A DNA stretch of 64,000 nt from Phoronis australis (taxonomy: Eukaryota; Animalia; Phoronida). Below the pieces are notes generated by a model. The model was not told where the DNA came from. It saw nothing but the letters and a program-made list of their open reading frames with translations, and searched no databases. Position 1 is the first letter of the stretch. Every line of letters begins with the position of its first letter. The DNA lies in NCBI GenBank assembly GCA_002633005.1, contig NMRA01000430.1, forward strand, positions 275,926 through 339,925, written 5' to 3'. Shown piece by piece: positions 62,260-64,000 of the stretch. Both the position numbers and the translations under genes were made by a program.

Positions 62260-62429
62260 AAAACGGATAATTGCCGGACAAATTAAAAAAGTTCACATTG
62301 ATTCAACGTTTCGTCTATTCATTAGACATCATCAAGTTATAAACAATAAGACATCTGATGATGTCTAATGAATAGACGAAATGTTGAATCGATATGATTT
62401 TTTTCATTTGTGCAGCGATTATCCATTTT
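62260..62429. mobile_element. Hairpin (about 75-bp arms) with two oppositely oriented hammerhead-like cores; Penelope-like element remnant
   Basis: Plus strand 62355-62381: CTGATGA-T-GTCTA-ATGAA-TAGAC-GAAA. Minus arm: TTGATGA-T-GTCTA-ATGAA-TAGAC-GAAACGTT. Confidence 0.62.
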
Positions 62430-63486
62430 TTGATCCTATTATGGCCAAAAACTGATGTAATTTATGGGTGGTGGGTAAGATAAGAAACTAAAACAAAAAT
62501 GCCTTCCCCAAAGACTTTACTGAGCAGCCTAATAGGACTGTGCACAAGGTGAACATTGGTCAACAGGTCAAGGGCTTTCTCAGTATTTGCCCAAAATACA
62601 CATACATCAGCACAAATGAATAAATAGGAAAATACAATGAATAAGCTCATGACACTGAGATTCATTTATGAGCTCTTACATTTGTAAAATCTCTTAAAAG
62701 TGCAACATTTAACAATTACACCACAGGCAGATCAAGAATGCCAGAGGGTTCTTCATAAATGGTTTTATCAACAAGTAATCACTTCCTCCATGTCTAGGGT
62801 GAAGGGACTTTCCCTGGAGGCACGGCCCAGCACCCCTGGATCTACCAACGTCAAGGTCAATACGAGTCGTACAACAACAAGACAAACACAACAACGGAGA
62901 GTTAGCTTAATTATAATCAATTTGTGCATAATAATTTTTTAGAAAGACATTAAAACGATGTGTCAGAAAATGTAAATTTTGTCAAAAACACAAATGCGAA
63001 AGTTAAAAACATAAGCTAGTCTTCATTTGTCACTGGGCAACAGTTCTCCTCGTGACAACAGGCAACAAGCCACCAATCACCTGAAACAGAAGTAGAAACA
63101 TTTAACAATCATATTCCTTCAACTCATAAGAAAAGCAATTTAAAATATGGCTATGCACTTCGGAACAAATCAAGAATACTGCAACTCATGTAGGGCATTA
63201 CCTTTCTCGTAATGCCTAAACCAGAAATCAGAAATGGCCTGATCGACGCAAGTAAATTTACCCCAAATTCTCCTCGTGACGATAGCATGTGATTACTGCT
63301 TCAAATAAGGAAGAATAAAATGCCATGTGGTTGATACCAAGCAGCTCAGTTTTGGAGGAATGTCCGACTCTGTTATGGCTCTCAAACACTTGTTTACTTG
63401 CCAATGCTTCAATGATCTGTGTCATGAATAGAACAGATTTGAAACACATCTTGTGTGGCTAAGTAACCAAGGTTATAGTTTGTGTT

Positions 63487-64000
63487 TCAGGCATTGAGAA
63501 TGGAGAATCACACCATTATCTTTGCCACCGATTCCATGTTGATGAAAGTTCAATCTGGAAACCTCCCAGCCAACTGGGGTGTCTTCCGATCCCGCTTCCC
63601 TCACCATGTGGTGATCTGGTCTTTCGTACCTGGCCACGCCGGTGTCTTGATTAATGAGCGTGCAGATTACCTCGCTGGCTCATGCACCACCAACCAACCC
63701 CTCTACTTATATTCGACTAATGTTAAGCTGCTGGCTCGCAAACGCAACCTCGAGCAGACTGCATCCCAGCTGGCTGAGTTCAATGATGGCAGCCGCCTGC
63801 TCGAAGCCGGTATTATTTATGGCCATGCTGCGAAGAGTCACAAGAAGGGCCGTGCCCGAGTGCTGTCTAATCAAATGCTTACAGGCAACGTCAGCCCTGG
63901 AGTTCTGCGCCTTCTGCTGTCACGGGGATGGTCTGGGGAGGGGATTAATGCACCAGCATATCCCCAATGATCCTGTCCGTGACAGGTATTACAGGTATTA
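63487..64000 (+). mobile_element. 5'-truncated non-LTR retrotransposon with an RNase H domain (I/Ingi/Nimb-group-like)
   Basis: IIFATDS...VIWSFVPGHAGVLINERADYLA RNase HI motif; abrupt GC increase; stop at 63970 followed by a tandem ACAGGTATT tail at the window edge. Confidence 0.72.

Overview
This window is metazoan invertebrate genomic DNA (probably lophotrochozoan; this is inference), AT-rich and rich in transposons. It has one 656-N gap (22815-23470) and single-N contig joins at 3399, 46755, 51001 and 59675. Two intact host genes are supported. The first is a single-coding-exon class A GPCR (10958-12175, +). The second is a 15-exon minus-strand gene (53590 to 23544) that the ORF track misses as a unit. 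I reconstructed it by hand with consistent GT-AG sites and phases: 645 aa, arranged as signal peptide, two Cys-rich modules, an ShK-like 6-Cys domain, two more modules, and a GPI-type hydrophobic tail. Mobile DNA includes an integrase-less BEL/Pao LTR retroelement in an LTR-int-LTR-int tandem, a deleted Academ transposon with a TAA TSD, several TTAA-flanked Kolobok-type elements (one with a THAP remnant), Harbinger-, MULE- and hAT-like MITEs, a foldback element built from 21-bp units, and a 5'-truncated RNase H-bearing LINE. Less ordinary signals are a decayed two-gene convergent, intron-containing transposon-like locus (6.66-9.9 kb), inverted pairs of hammerhead-ribozyme-like cores (Penelope-type remnants) and a 380-bp palindrome centred on a tRNA-like sequence. 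Two large tandem duplications abut single Ns and are probably uncollapsed haplotypes. All family assignments come from motif recognition by eye; no searches were run.
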